Shown here: in pieces, positions 8,696-18,894 of the stretch | How positions within the stretch are numbered: the stretch's first letter is position 1 | How the letters are laid out: every line of letters begins with the position of its first letter | IMG/VR virus record: IMGVR_UViG_3300027704_000015 | Span: 1 to 64,000 of that record | Length of the DNA: 64,000 nucleotides | Direction: 5' to 3' (one strand) | Origin: a virus | Notes under the pieces: generated by a model | Database searches by the model: none | Told to the model about the DNA's origin: nothing | What the model saw: the letters and a program-made list of their open reading frames with translations, nothing else | Program-made: the position numbers and the translations under genes

Positions 8696-11029
8696 ATGCA
8701 AGAATCTAAGCTAAGAAACTTAGTACGTCAAGAAATTATAAACAAGCTTGATACAATTACAGAAGGTAAAGATCCTTTTGTTCCAACCTACGGAAAAGGT
8801 GATGTCGTTCATGACTGCCCAAAACACGTCCAAGAAATCAACACAGGTATTAAAGGTAAAGTAACTGGTCACACTCTTAATGAGTCTGGTGTAGTTAACT
8901 TTGTAGATGTAGATTTCGGTACAGGAAAGGTGTTTGAAAACATTCCAACAAAGAAATTAAAAATATTAGAGATGCAAGAGCATGCTCACAATATAAAAGA
9001 AGAACCAATCACAGGTGCAGGTAAAGATGAGGTTGTTACTGAAGAAGGTGATAGATGTGATTGTGCATTAGCACATCCAGGTATATCCCATAGAGCTTAT
9101 AATAGTCAACAACTTGCTGAAGAAATAAAAGTGTTAACTAGAACACCTAATCAAAATGGGTCATCATTAGGATACAGGTTGACTCAAAAACAACACAAAA
9201 AAATGTTAGCATTCTTGAAAAAGAATAAAAATCAACCAAGTGTTAAGGAACTACTTGCTACATTAAAAGATAAATACTCTGATGCAGTTGGTATTGTAAT
9301 GGATGGTAAAGTATTTTTTGTATATGCTCAATATGGTCAGTTAAGAATTGGAACAGGAGGAAAGGCTTCAGAATGGAATCAAGATGCATCAGCATCTCTT
9401 ACTAAATACATTGGTGAAGCTGTTCTACTTGAAAAAGTAACTCCAAGACAAGTATCAAAAGCATTTAGCGATATATCCAAATTATCTATGGAAATGATAG
9501 AAAATCTACAGAAATATAAAGCTGCCAAGAAATCAGGTAATGAAGCTGATATTAAAAAATATATTAAAATTGCAGGAACATTAAGTAAACAAAAGCGTTC
9601 AATGGAAGCTGCAATGGAGAAAATGATCACTCAACTAGATAAAGATGTTGAGTATATAGGTGAAGGCAAAATAAACGAAGCTCCAATGGATAAAAGATTT
9701 GCAAAAGAATGGGAAAGAAATTGTAAAGTTTTATTGACTCACATTAAACATGAGGAATCTAAAAAGAACAGAGAAAATTTTAGACTGTTAAATAATTTAA
9801 CAAATCAAGTAAAAGATGCAATGAATGTACCTGCTATGTTATCTAAGATAGTTGGAATGCAGGAAGGTAAATTAGCTGAAGCTACTATATTAGCTAATGT
9901 TTATTATATAGACTCAGAAGGATCAGCAGTGCCTGAGCACGAGCTTGCTGGAAGATCCAAAGGAGGTCCAAATTTTCTTTACATAAAAAAAGGAACAAAA
10001 GGAACATACAACGGGGACGAGTTCGAAAGTGAAGAAGGTTCGAATGTCTATATTAACAAAAGATATATAAGAGAATCTAAAACTCGATTAACTGAAGCAT
10101 TTGCATCAACTAAACTTGGTCAACTATTTGGAAAAGTATCCAAGTATAGCAATGATAAAAACTTTTTATCCGGTATGGCGAAGAGTTATGGACTTGAATG
10201 GGATAAAATTACAGACGACCAAGTAAAAGGTCCAGACACAAAATTAGATCGAAAAGGTATCGATTTAATTGTAGCTACTCAAGATGTTAATTTAGCAGCT
10301 ACAACAACGTATGATTGGACAACTTACATCAAAAAAGGTCAATTGCTAGGTGCAACCATAAAAGGTAAACGAGTATGGACAGGTAGATTTGGTGTATCAA
10401 CAGGTGCAGGTAAAAATAGAAACTTTATTGGATTAGAAAAACGTGGATACTCTAACGTAAAAAGCGTTCTATCAATTACCGGAGCAGTAGTTTATCATAT
10501 AGATCCTGAATTAAAATCACGTGGTGCAAAAGATAAAGTTGCATCAAGAGCAGAAGCTAAAGCTGGTGCAACTGCACTTATGTCTGCTAGAGATATAAAA
10601 GATAAAAACAGAAGAACGTATGAAGCAGCATTAAAGGTTCGTGTTGGAGCAGAAGGCAAAGGAGGTCTAATCAAGATGATTGAACAAGCTACCAAGTTGT
10701 ATGAAAAAGTATTGAAAGAGAAACTTAATATGCTTAAAAAAGGAATGGTTTCCACTGAACATTGGAACAATGATTCATGGAGCACAGTTTCTAGAGCACA
10801 TCAACAAATGATTAGAGATTTTCAGTACTGGATGAGAGAAGCTGCTGACCAGGAAGCACAAGCTAAAAAGGATGGGGGTAATGATGCTTCAGGAGGTGTT
10901 GATTATATGCAAAAACAAATGAATCAATATGCTTTGAATATAAAACAGGAATTTGGTAAAATGAATATCGCACTTAAAAAGATTGATAAAAGTAAAGAGT
11001 ATTCTAAGATTGAAGGTCGAGCTTATTAA
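8696..11029 (+). CDS. Multi-module polyprotein (putative internal head protein)
   Basis: Linkers ITE, VTE, LAE, EGKINE, EGKLAE, RLTE separate unrelated segments. Confidence 0.55.
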   Translation: MQESKLRNLVRQEIINKLDTITEGKDPFVPTYGKGDVVHDCPKHVQEINTGIKGKVTGHTLNESGVVNFVDVDFGTGKVFENIPTKKLKILEMQEHAHNIKEEPITGAGKDEVVTEEGDRCDCALAHPGISHRAYNSQQLAEEIKVLTRTPNQNGSSLGYRLTQKQHKKMLAFLKKNKNQPSVKELLATLKDKYSDAVGIVMDGKVFFVYAQYGQLRIGTGGKASEWNQDASASLTKYIGEAVLLEKVTPRQVSKAFSDISKLSMEMIENLQKYKAAKKSGNEADIKKYIKIAGTLSKQKRSMEAAMEKMITQLDKDVEYIGEGKINEAPMDKRFAKEWERNCKVLLTHIKHEESKKNRENFRLLNNLTNQVKDAMNVPAMLSKIVGMQEGKLAEATILANVYYIDSEGSAVPEHELAGRSKGGPNFLYIKKGTKGTYNGDEFESEEGSNVYINKRYIRESKTRLTEAFASTKLGQLFGKVSKYSNDKNFLSGMAKSYGLEWDKITDDQVKGPDTKLDRKGIDLIVATQDVNLAATTTYDWTTYIKKGQLLGATIKGKRVWTGRFGVSTGAGKNRNFIGLEKRGYSNVKSVLSITGAVVYHIDPELKSRGAKDKVASRAEAKAGATALMSARDIKDKNRRTYEAALKVRVGAEGKGGLIKMIEQATKLYEKVLKEKLNMLKKGMVSTEHWNNDSWSTVSRAHQQMIRDFQYWMREAADQEAQAKKDGGNDASGGVDYMQKQMNQYALNIKQEFGKMNIALKKIDKSKEYSKIEGRAY

Positions 11030-12987
11030 TGACCAATATAACTAAGATAAAAAATGCTATTAAACGTAAAGTAAATGAATCACGTTTACGTGATAAAGTA
11101 TCTTCTATTTTAGATGATGCATTACCAAATATACTTGCAGAGATCGATCAATTAGATCAAGCATTTATAAACGCAACGCCTACAAAAATTAATGTTTTTA
11201 AAAATTCCAAGAAGGAGGCGGACGATCCACTTGATATTAATAAAGTACAAATTGTTGATGAAGGTGGTACACCTTTACAAAACAAAGTATATGATGCAGT
11301 TACTGGTATGAGTATAAATGGTAAGGATAGTTTCGAAAGTAAATTTGCTGTCAGACCAGGTAAATTAAACGACTTTGTATTCAGATTATCTGATAGAGAC
11401 GCAACAGGTATATTGAAACTTATCAAACAACGTAAATTCGAAAGTATCAAAGAGTTAGACGTAAGAAAAACTCATGGTGATAAACGAATAGAAAATCCTG
11501 CAACTGGAAATGATATAAAACTTCGTACAGCTTTAAAAGCTAAAAAAGGTTCAGCAGTGTATGCTAAAGGTAAATCAATGTATAATGCATTAAAAGACGA
11601 ACCTACTAATGAAGGTAAAATAACTGAAGACTACTCTCAACGAGCAAGAAATTTTAGAGTTAACCTTAGAAAAAGACTTATAGGTATGAAAAAAGGTCAA
11701 AAGGTTAGCTATGGTAAAGCTCAATATGTAAAGATGGTTGATGGAAATTTTCAAATTCCGAAAACAGGTAAAGTGTACGGTGTAGAAGATATAGTACAAG
11801 CAATGAAACGTGCAGTACAGCCAGATATAATGAAACATAGAGGTGTAGCTGGTGCAGACATGGTTAATGCTTATCTGAAATTTGAAGGTAAATTAACTGA
11901 AGCTAAAGGTGGATGGGCTTTATATATTGACGGGAAGAAAATCAAATCATTTAGATCGAAGAGGGAAGCACTACGAGCATTACAACTCGTACAGTTATCT
12001 GATAACTCAGTTGAACTTAAAAAAGAAGGTAAATTAACTGAAGTTTCATGGCCAGGCCCTTCTTTAAAAGATTTAGGTATGTCATCTTCAGTTAGCAAAC
12101 GTAGAGCTGGAGCTGAGTTAAAACAAAAGCTTGCAGGTAAACGTTCCGATGGAATGGGTAAATATACAGCTACTATCTACGGTATGAATGGTAGTAAAAG
12201 AGTTGAATTAAAAAGCTTGAATGATCTAAATAAATTTAGTAAGTTTGAATTAGATGAAGGTAAATTAACTGAAGCTGCAAAATATAAAAAAGGTCAAAAG
12301 GTAACCTTTCAAATGGATAAAGGTGGTGCTAGACCATTAAAGCCTACTACTGGTACAATATCAAAAGTACAAAGAAAAGGTAATTCTTATCTCTATACAA
12401 TAGTTGATAAGCTTGGACCAACTCCTGTATATGAACCAGAAATTACAGGCCTTGCAGAAACTAAAGGGGCTCCTAAAGGACATTACTTCACTGCATCAGG
12501 TAATGTAGTTAAAGGTAGCTTATCTAAAGCAGCTAAATCAAAAGGTGCAAGGTTAAGTGATCCTAAAGACAAACAACGATCTAAAGTACCTAAAGCAACT
12601 CAAGTAAATGAAGCAGAAGAATACAAATATAAAAAGTATGTTGCAAAAGCATTTAAAGATATAAAAGATGCAACATTTAACTTTAGAAATGCAATGGGCG
12701 TTAAGCAATTAGGTCAATCCGATCCTAAAGTAAAGAAGCAGCTAGAATCATTACATAAAGCTTTATTTGCTTTGGAAAAAGACTTCAAAGGTAAAGGTTT
12801 AACAGAAGGTGAGATACACGAAGATAGATTCGGCCACCCTATTACATCACAGGGTAATCAGACGTATATCCAATTGGAAAAACTAATAAAAATGCTTTCT
12901 GGTAAGGAAAAACGTGATGCAGAAAAAGCTTTCCGTACAATGTGGAGTAAGATAAAAACAGCAATGGAAGAAGAGGAGCAAAAATGA
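11029..12987 (+). CDS. Multi-module basic polyprotein (putative internal head protein)
   Basis: EGKITE, 3x EGKLTE, GLAE, QVNE, EGEIHE linkers. Confidence 0.6.
   Translation: MTNITKIKNAIKRKVNESRLRDKVSSILDDALPNILAEIDQLDQAFINATPTKINVFKNSKKEADDPLDINKVQIVDEGGTPLQNKVYDAVTGMSINGKDSFESKFAVRPGKLNDFVFRLSDRDATGILKLIKQRKFESIKELDVRKTHGDKRIENPATGNDIKLRTALKAKKGSAVYAKGKSMYNALKDEPTNEGKITEDYSQRARNFRVNLRKRLIGMKKGQKVSYGKAQYVKMVDGNFQIPKTGKVYGVEDIVQAMKRAVQPDIMKHRGVAGADMVNAYLKFEGKLTEAKGGWALYIDGKKIKSFRSKREALRALQLVQLSDNSVELKKEGKLTEVSWPGPSLKDLGMSSSVSKRRAGAELKQKLAGKRSDGMGKYTATIYGMNGSKRVELKSLNDLNKFSKFELDEGKLTEAAKYKKGQKVTFQMDKGGARPLKPTTGTISKVQRKGNSYLYTIVDKLGPTPVYEPEITGLAETKGAPKGHYFTASGNVVKGSLSKAAKSKGARLSDPKDKQRSKVPKATQVNEAEEYKYKKYVAKAFKDIKDATFNFRNAMGVKQLGQSDPKVKKQLESLHKALFALEKDFKGKGLTEGEIHEDRFGHPITSQGNQTYIQLEKLIKMLSGKEKRDAEKAFRTMWSKIKTAMEEEEQK
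11611..12274 (+). repeat. Dispersed 19-bp in-frame repeat gaaggtaaattaactgaag
   Basis: Exact at 11884, 12025, 12256; one mismatch at 11611, 9863, 6977. Confidence 0.9.
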
Positions 12988-13466
12988 TAAAACTTAAAGA
13001 ACTACTCATCAAAGAACAAGAGGAAAAGAAATGTCCATCAGCAACTCAAAATCTAGTTGTTAATACAGCTAATAGAGATCGAGCAATTCAAGCTGATTTC
13101 ATTAAGTATGGTCCTTTAAATGTTGAAGAGCCTGGTGACTACTGGAAAGTAATTGCTAAGAAATGGAATACTTCAGAAGAAGCAGCTGAGAAATCAAAGT
13201 GTGCTTCATGTACTGCATTTGATGTATCACCAAGGATGTTGAAATGTATACCAGGTGAAACTTCTCAACCAGTTAAAGATGAACATGGTGATTTAGGTTA
13301 CTGTTGGATGCACCATTTCAAGTGTCACTCAGCTAGATCATGTAACACATGGGCAGCAGGTGGACCAATTAATCAAGATGAGAAATCATTTGAATGGCAA
13401 AAACGTAACTTAAAAGTAGCTTTGGATCCAGATCCAATTGATCCTACAATGTATAAGGGCGCGTAA
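12984..13466 (+). CDS. Leader-bearing Cys/His-rich (probably metal-binding) protein
   Basis: MIKLKELLIKE leader; CASC, YCWMHHFKCHSARSC. Confidence 0.6.
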   Translation: MIKLKELLIKEQEEKKCPSATQNLVVNTANRDRAIQADFIKYGPLNVEEPGDYWKVIAKKWNTSEEAAEKSKCASCTAFDVSPRMLKCIPGETSQPVKDEHGDLGYCWMHHFKCHSARSCNTWAAGGPINQDEKSFEWQKRNLKVALDPDPIDPTMYKGA

Positions 13467-14008
13467 TGATTAAACTAAAAGACCTATTAAACGAAGATAG
13501 AATGGACCAAACTAAGATGTTTGATACATCTACAGTTAACAAGATAGCTACTGATATTAAAAAGCTAGCTAACTGGAAGAAGGAACAGTATGGTAATCAA
13601 TCATTCGACTACAGTGAATTTAGATTTGGTGATGGATCAGGAGGATTTTCTTTCAAATGGGCACATGCAAGAAATTGGGGTGGACAGATTGGAGTAAGCT
13701 TCGGTAAAGATGGTAATCATAAGTATTACTCTTATAGCCACTATGATAAAAAATATACTGGAAGTACTACAACAAACAGTATGAAGCCATTCAAGTTCAA
13801 AGGTAATCCTAAGGTATGGAAAGACTTTACAAACGATCATCTTCTACAGTTTTGGAAGAAAGTTAAAGGTGAGATCAAGAAGAACGAAGCAGGTGCTAAA
13901 GCAGCATTAGATGCAGAGGCAAAAGCACAAGCAGCACACTATGGTGCAAAAGCTGATACTGGTAGGATAGGTTACGGGCTATCATCACAACCAAGAAGAG
14001 GAAGATAA
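13466..14008 (+). CDS. Leader-bearing hypothetical protein
   Basis: MIKLKDLLNE leader. Confidence 0.6.
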   Translation: MIKLKDLLNEDRMDQTKMFDTSTVNKIATDIKKLANWKKEQYGNQSFDYSEFRFGDGSGGFSFKWAHARNWGGQIGVSFGKDGNHKYYSYSHYDKKYTGSTTTNSMKPFKFKGNPKVWKDFTNDHLLQFWKKVKGEIKKNEAGAKAALDAEAKAQAAHYGAKADTGRIGYGLSSQPRRGR

Positions 14009-14292
14009 TGATTAAATTAAAAGACATAATAAACGAAGTAAATAAATCAGATGTAAAGTATGCTATGAAAATGGCATTTGATAGTATACCAGGTAACTGG
14101 CATAAAGCTCTTAAAAAAGTCGATACCCAAGGTAATACGATTAAACTAAATATGTCTTCTTATATGGGTCCTGGTAAAACACTTCAAAAGATTGTAGATG
14201 AATTTAATAGTTCAATGGGTACTAAATATAAAATTGATAAAGACTCGTTTGTAAAAGGCAGTATTACAAGTATAGAGTTACGAGAAAAATAA
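14008..14292 (+). CDS. Leader-bearing hypothetical protein
   Basis: MIKLKDIINE leader. Confidence 0.6.
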   Translation: MIKLKDIINEVNKSDVKYAMKMAFDSIPGNWHKALKKVDTQGNTIKLNMSSYMGPGKTLQKIVDEFNSSMGTKYKIDKDSFVKGSITSIELREK

Positions 14293-14304
14293 AGGGATAA
14301 ACAC

Positions 14305-14694
14305 ATGGATAAGTATATTTATAAAGCAAAGTTAGATAGAGTAGTTGATGGTGATACTGTTGACGCTATGATAGATGTAGGATTTGATATATGGGTTAAA
14401 AAAAGGATACGCTTTATGGGTGTTGATGCTTGGGAATCTAGAACAAGAGACTTGGAAGAAAAAGCAAAAGGACTTGCAGCGAAGGCAAGAGTTATAGAAT
14501 TGCTAGAGGAAACATCATCTAAACCAGGGTATTTTAGATTGAAGTCACATGGTGTTGGAAAATACGGAAGAGTTCTTGGTGAACTATTCATACAAGATGA
14601 GGAAGGAAAACAATACAATATAAATGAACAATTAAAAATCGAAGGTCATGCTTATGAATACTTCGGAGGTAAAAAACAAATATTCAAGGGATAA
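14305..14694 (+). CDS. Thermonuclease (SNase-like) family protein
   Basis: RVVDGDT, IRFMGVDAWE, GKYGRVLG motifs. Confidence 0.85.
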   Translation: MDKYIYKAKLDRVVDGDTVDAMIDVGFDIWVKKRIRFMGVDAWESRTRDLEEKAKGLAAKARVIELLEETSSKPGYFRLKSHGVGKYGRVLGELFIQDEEGKQYNINEQLKIEGHAYEYFGGKKQIFKG

Positions 14695-14697
14695 GTT

Positions 14698-17600
14698 ATG
14701 AAAAAGTTATTATTATTACTGGCACTATTGCCAACAATGTTATTAGCACAAAATAATAGCTGGCTTAAGCTTGACATACAGCTAGACCAATGGCCGGAGG
14801 AAAACTGCTGGGAGTTAAGAGAATTTACTACAGATACTTTAATATATGATGCCTGTGGAGACCCTTATTTCCCTAATGAATTTATAGAATTATATATTCC
14901 ATTACCAGCAGGTCAATATATCTTTAATTTTGTAGATTCATATGGTGATGGATTATCTACTGCAATTCCTTCATACGCTTTAGTTTCAAATGAATGTCAA
15001 GATACTCTATCCTATGTACATGGATTTGGTACCTCTTATAATGGAAACGATTCACTTGCATTAGCTAATGGATGGACAATACCAGGAATCATTACTCAAG
15101 GTTTTACAAGTGCAGCAGAGTTAATTGATACATTAACACTTGCACCTTGCGCTCCACCAACTACTTTTATACCTGGTTGTATGGACCCTATTGCAGAGAA
15201 TTATGACTCATTAGTAACCGTACCTCAATGGGGATATTCAGACCAATCTATTTGTACATATATTATAGGATGTACAGACCCATCAGCATTAAATTATGAT
15301 ACAGTAGCAACTTTAGCTGATGATGGTTTATGTATGTACCCACCATGTGGTGGCTTTGATACAATATCGGCTTCACAAACATGTATGGGTAATCAAACAA
15401 CATTAACATTTGAATGGGAAACATCTCTAACTGCATGTGATGTTGGTGAAATACATTATGGTTACGATTTATCAGCTGCACCATTTGTTCAAAGTCAATG
15501 GTTTCAAGGTGATGTTCCGTTAGGAGCTACACCTCCTACTACACTAGCATACACTATATTTGAATGTAGTTACTTTAATTATAACTGGAATGTTTTTGAA
15601 GCTAAAGCAGGTGGTAATTTCGTAACACAAGATATACCACACTTCTTCTTTGTTAAATTTGGCATTGCCGGTAATTTCACGTACAGTGATACAACATGGA
15701 TAACACCAGAACATTGTATTGTTGGATGTACAGACCCAACATCTAGTCAATATAACCCATTTGCAAATATAGATGATGGTAGTTGTCAAAATAGTGGTAC
15801 GACATGTGGCCCTGATTCCACTACAATTAACATTATACTAACTCCAGATACATATTCTGGTGAAACATCTTGGGAACTTATAGATTCTACAACTACACCT
15901 CCTACAATAATAGCTTCAAGTCCATTATATAGTGGATTAACAGGTATACCTACATCAACAATAGTATGTGTTGATAGTACAATGAACCTAGTATTTAATT
16001 TATATGATTCTTTTGGAGATGGAATGTGTGGTTCATGTTTTGGAGAGGCTGATGGTGAAGTATTGATATTAGATGAATCATGTGGTGATACATTGTTCCA
16101 CTTAACTTCACCTAATATGAATTTTGGTGTTGAACTTAGTGAATCATTTGGATTTCTTAATACATGTGGAATTAATGCTAGTGTATACGGTTGTACTGAC
16201 CCCGCATACGTTGAGTACGACGAATCATTTTTGTACGATGATGGTTCATGTTTAACATTAAACATTTATGGATGTACAGACTCTACTGCATTAAACTATG
16301 ACCCTAATGCAAATACACAAATAAATACACCATCATGTAATTATACATTAAGATTAACAGATGGTGCTGGCGATGGTTGGTTCGGTTCTTATATTGGGAT
16401 AGTACAGGGAGATTCATTATATGGTCCTTACACTTTTAATAATGGTTTCTATAATGATTTTAATATAAATTTAACAACAACCGAAAAAGCTAAAATATAT
16501 TTTTATACTCAAGGTAATTCATCAGGGACAGCAAGTCAATGTGGGTTTAAGTTAATTAATCCAGATGACGTTGTTACGTTTGAGGCTGGAACAAACCCAT
16601 GGACAGATGCTATCGTTCCATTTCCAAAAGTATATACAGCAGAACAAGATTGTGGTAATACTTGTTTACCGTCAGTTTTAGGGTGTATCGATTCATTTGC
16701 ATTTAATTATGATTCTTTAGCTAATACAACAGACAGCTCATGTTATTATAATCCAGGATGTACTGATGCTGCTTATTTAGAATATCATACTCAAGGATTT
16801 ATCGCTGATTTTAATAATGGTTCATGTTTATCATACGCTATATTTGGTTGTATGGATATGACAATGTTTAATTATGACCAATACGCGACAGTTCAATGGA
16901 CAACAGTATTAAATGATACAACTCCTTGTATTGCAAAAATACTTGGTTGTTTAGACCCAACTGCTTTTAATTACGACCCACTAGCAAATACAGAAAATTA
17001 TTCATGTGTCCCATTTATATATGGATGTATGGATGCAACACAATTCAATTATGATCCATCAGCGAATACTGATAACGGATCTTGTTTACCTTATATACTT
17101 GGTTGTACAGACTCAACAGCATTAAATTATGATGCTTTAGCTAATACTGATAACGGAACATGCATCCCTTTCTTATATGGATGTACAGACTCTTTAGCTT
17201 TAAATTATAACTCATTAGCGAATACAGATGATGGTTCTTGCATATCAACTATACTAGGTTGTACTGATGTTAGTGCTTTCAATTACGATTCACTAGCTAA
17301 TACTGATGATGGAACATGCGTTCCATTTATCTATGGATGTACAGATGCTTCACAGTTTAACTATAATGCTTTAGCTAATTCAGATGATGGATCATGTATA
17401 CCATTTATTTATGGTTGTACAGACCCCTCACAATTCAATTATAATGCTACTGCAAATACTGATAACGGATCCTGTATCCCATTTGTTTACGGATGTTTAG
17501 ATTCATTAGCATTTAATTTTAACCCACTAGCTAATACTGATAACGGATCATGTACACCAATAATACTTGGTTGCACAGATACCGCAGCAATCAATTATAA

Positions 17601-18894
17601 TCCTTTAGCAAATACAGAGGATGGTTCTTGTTTAGGTATTATATATGGATGTACTTCTCCAATAGCATTCAATTATGATTCAACTGCAAATTCAGATGAT
17701 GGTTCATGTATTCCTTTCATCTACGGTTGTATGGACAATACACAATTTAATTTCAATCCTTTAGCTAATTCAGATGATGGATCATGTATTCCAATCATTA
17801 ATGGATGTACTGACAACACTCAATTTAATTACAATCCATTAGCAAATACTGATAATGGATCATGTATTCCTTTTATCTTTGGATGTATGGATCCATTAGC
17901 ATTTAACTTTGATCCTCTAGCTAATACAGACAACAACGGATGTATAGCTGTAGTACTTGGATGTACTGATTCAACCTCAGTTACTTATGATCCTCTTGCA
18001 AATACGGATGATGGAAGTTGTATATCTCCATTGTATGGATGTACAGACTCAACGGCACTTAACTATAACAACTTAGCTAATGTAGATGACGGTTCATGTA
18101 TTGATATAGTTAATGGATGTACAGACCCATTAGCATTTAATTATAATTCATTGGCAAATGTAGATGACGGAACCTGTATTCCATTTATATATGGATGTAT
18201 TGATCCAACACAATTCAATTACGACATTACAGCTAATACTGATGATGGTTCATGTATTCCTTATATTTATGGGTGTATGGATATATTATCATTCAACTAC
18301 AATCCTTTAGCAAATACTGACAATGGATCATGTATAGCAATCATATTAGGATGCATGGATACAACAGCATTAAATTATGATATACTTGCTAATACAGAAT
18401 ATGTACCTTCTAATTGTATACTTCCTATATCAGGATGTACTGATGTTGCAGCTTACAATTACGATCCAATTGCTAACACTTCAGACTCTACAGCTTGTTT
18501 ATATGATGCAGGATGTTATGGAGGACCAGGAATGCCATATTGGTTAAACGATGGATGTTTTGCATGGGTAATCGATGTAGATGATTATTGCTGTACTACT
18601 GACTGGGACGCTTCATGTCAGTCAATGTATGATTACTGTCAACAAGGTTGGCCAACAGCAATACAAGATATATCAGCATTAGGTATTGTAGTGTATCCAA
18701 ACCCTACTAAAGATGTTATAACAATAGAAACAAGATTAGATATACAAGTTGAATTGTATGATATGACAGGTAAGAGAGTTATTAATGAATCTAACACTAA
18801 ACGATTAGACTTATCTAAATTGCCAAGTGGTATTTATAATATGTCAATACTTTACAATGATTCTAGATACAGTAAAAGGGTGATAAAACAATGA
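14698..18894 (+). CDS. Secreted Cys-rich repeat protein with T9SS type A C-terminal sorting domain
   Basis: Signal peptide ending LLA-Q; ~28 GCxD..A.NY...AN.DDGSC units; C-terminal VYPNPTKD...YDMTGK...LDLSKLPSGIY. Confidence 0.9.
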   Translation: MKKLLLLLALLPTMLLAQNNSWLKLDIQLDQWPEENCWELREFTTDTLIYDACGDPYFPNEFIELYIPLPAGQYIFNFVDSYGDGLSTAIPSYALVSNECQDTLSYVHGFGTSYNGNDSLALANGWTIPGIITQGFTSAAELIDTLTLAPCAPPTTFIPGCMDPIAENYDSLVTVPQWGYSDQSICTYIIGCTDPSALNYDTVATLADDGLCMYPPCGGFDTISASQTCMGNQTTLTFEWETSLTACDVGEIHYGYDLSAAPFVQSQWFQGDVPLGATPPTTLAYTIFECSYFNYNWNVFEAKAGGNFVTQDIPHFFFVKFGIAGNFTYSDTTWITPEHCIVGCTDPTSSQYNPFANIDDGSCQNSGTTCGPDSTTINIILTPDTYSGETSWELIDSTTTPPTIIASSPLYSGLTGIPTSTIVCVDSTMNLVFNLYDSFGDGMCGSCFGEADGEVLILDESCGDTLFHLTSPNMNFGVELSESFGFLNTCGINASVYGCTDPAYVEYDESFLYDDGSCLTLNIYGCTDSTALNYDPNANTQINTPSCNYTLRLTDGAGDGWFGSYIGIVQGDSLYGPYTFNNGFYNDFNINLTTTEKAKIYFYTQGNSSGTASQCGFKLINPDDVVTFEAGTNPWTDAIVPFPKVYTAEQDCGNTCLPSVLGCIDSFAFNYDSLANTTDSSCYYNPGCTDAAYLEYHTQGFIADFNNGSCLSYAIFGCMDMTMFNYDQYATVQWTTVLNDTTPCIAKILGCLDPTAFNYDPLANTENYSCVPFIYGCMDATQFNYDPSANTDNGSCLPYILGCTDSTALNYDALANTDNGTCIPFLYGCTDSLALNYNSLANTDDGSCISTILGCTDVSAFNYDSLANTDDGTCVPFIYGCTDASQFNYNALANSDDGSCIPFIYGCTDPSQFNYNATANTDNGSCIPFVYGCLDSLAFNFNPLANTDNGSCTPIILGCTDTAAINYNPLANTEDGSCLGIIYGCTSPIAFNYDSTANSDDGSCIPFIYGCMDNTQFNFNPLANSDDGSCIPIINGCTDNTQFNYNPLANTDNGSCIPFIFGCMDPLAFNFDPLANTDNNGCIAVVLGCTDSTSVTYDPLANTDDGSCISPLYGCTDSTALNYNNLANVDDGSCIDIVNGCTDPLAFNYNSLANVDDGTCIPFIYGCIDPTQFNYDITANTDDGSCIPYIYGCMDILSFNYNPLANTDNGSCIAIILGCMDTTALNYDILANTEYVPSNCILPISGCTDVAAYNYDPIANTSDSTACLYDAGCYGGPGMPYWLNDGCFAWVIDVDDYCCTTDWDASCQSMYDYCQQGWPTAIQDISALGIVVYPNPTKDVITIETRLDIQVELYDMTGKRVINESNTKRLDLSKLPSGIYNMSILYNDSRYSKRVIKQ
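16939..18500 (+). repeat. Coding tandem array, 78-bp (26-aa) period, ~20 units
   Basis: Consecutive GC(T/M/L/I)D...GSC units in the 1398-aa ORF. Confidence 0.9.

Noticed and set aside
16939-18500. Regular 78-bp periodicity as a CRISPR array
   Set aside because: Degenerate in-frame coding repeats, no constant repeat/unique spacer structure, no cas genes
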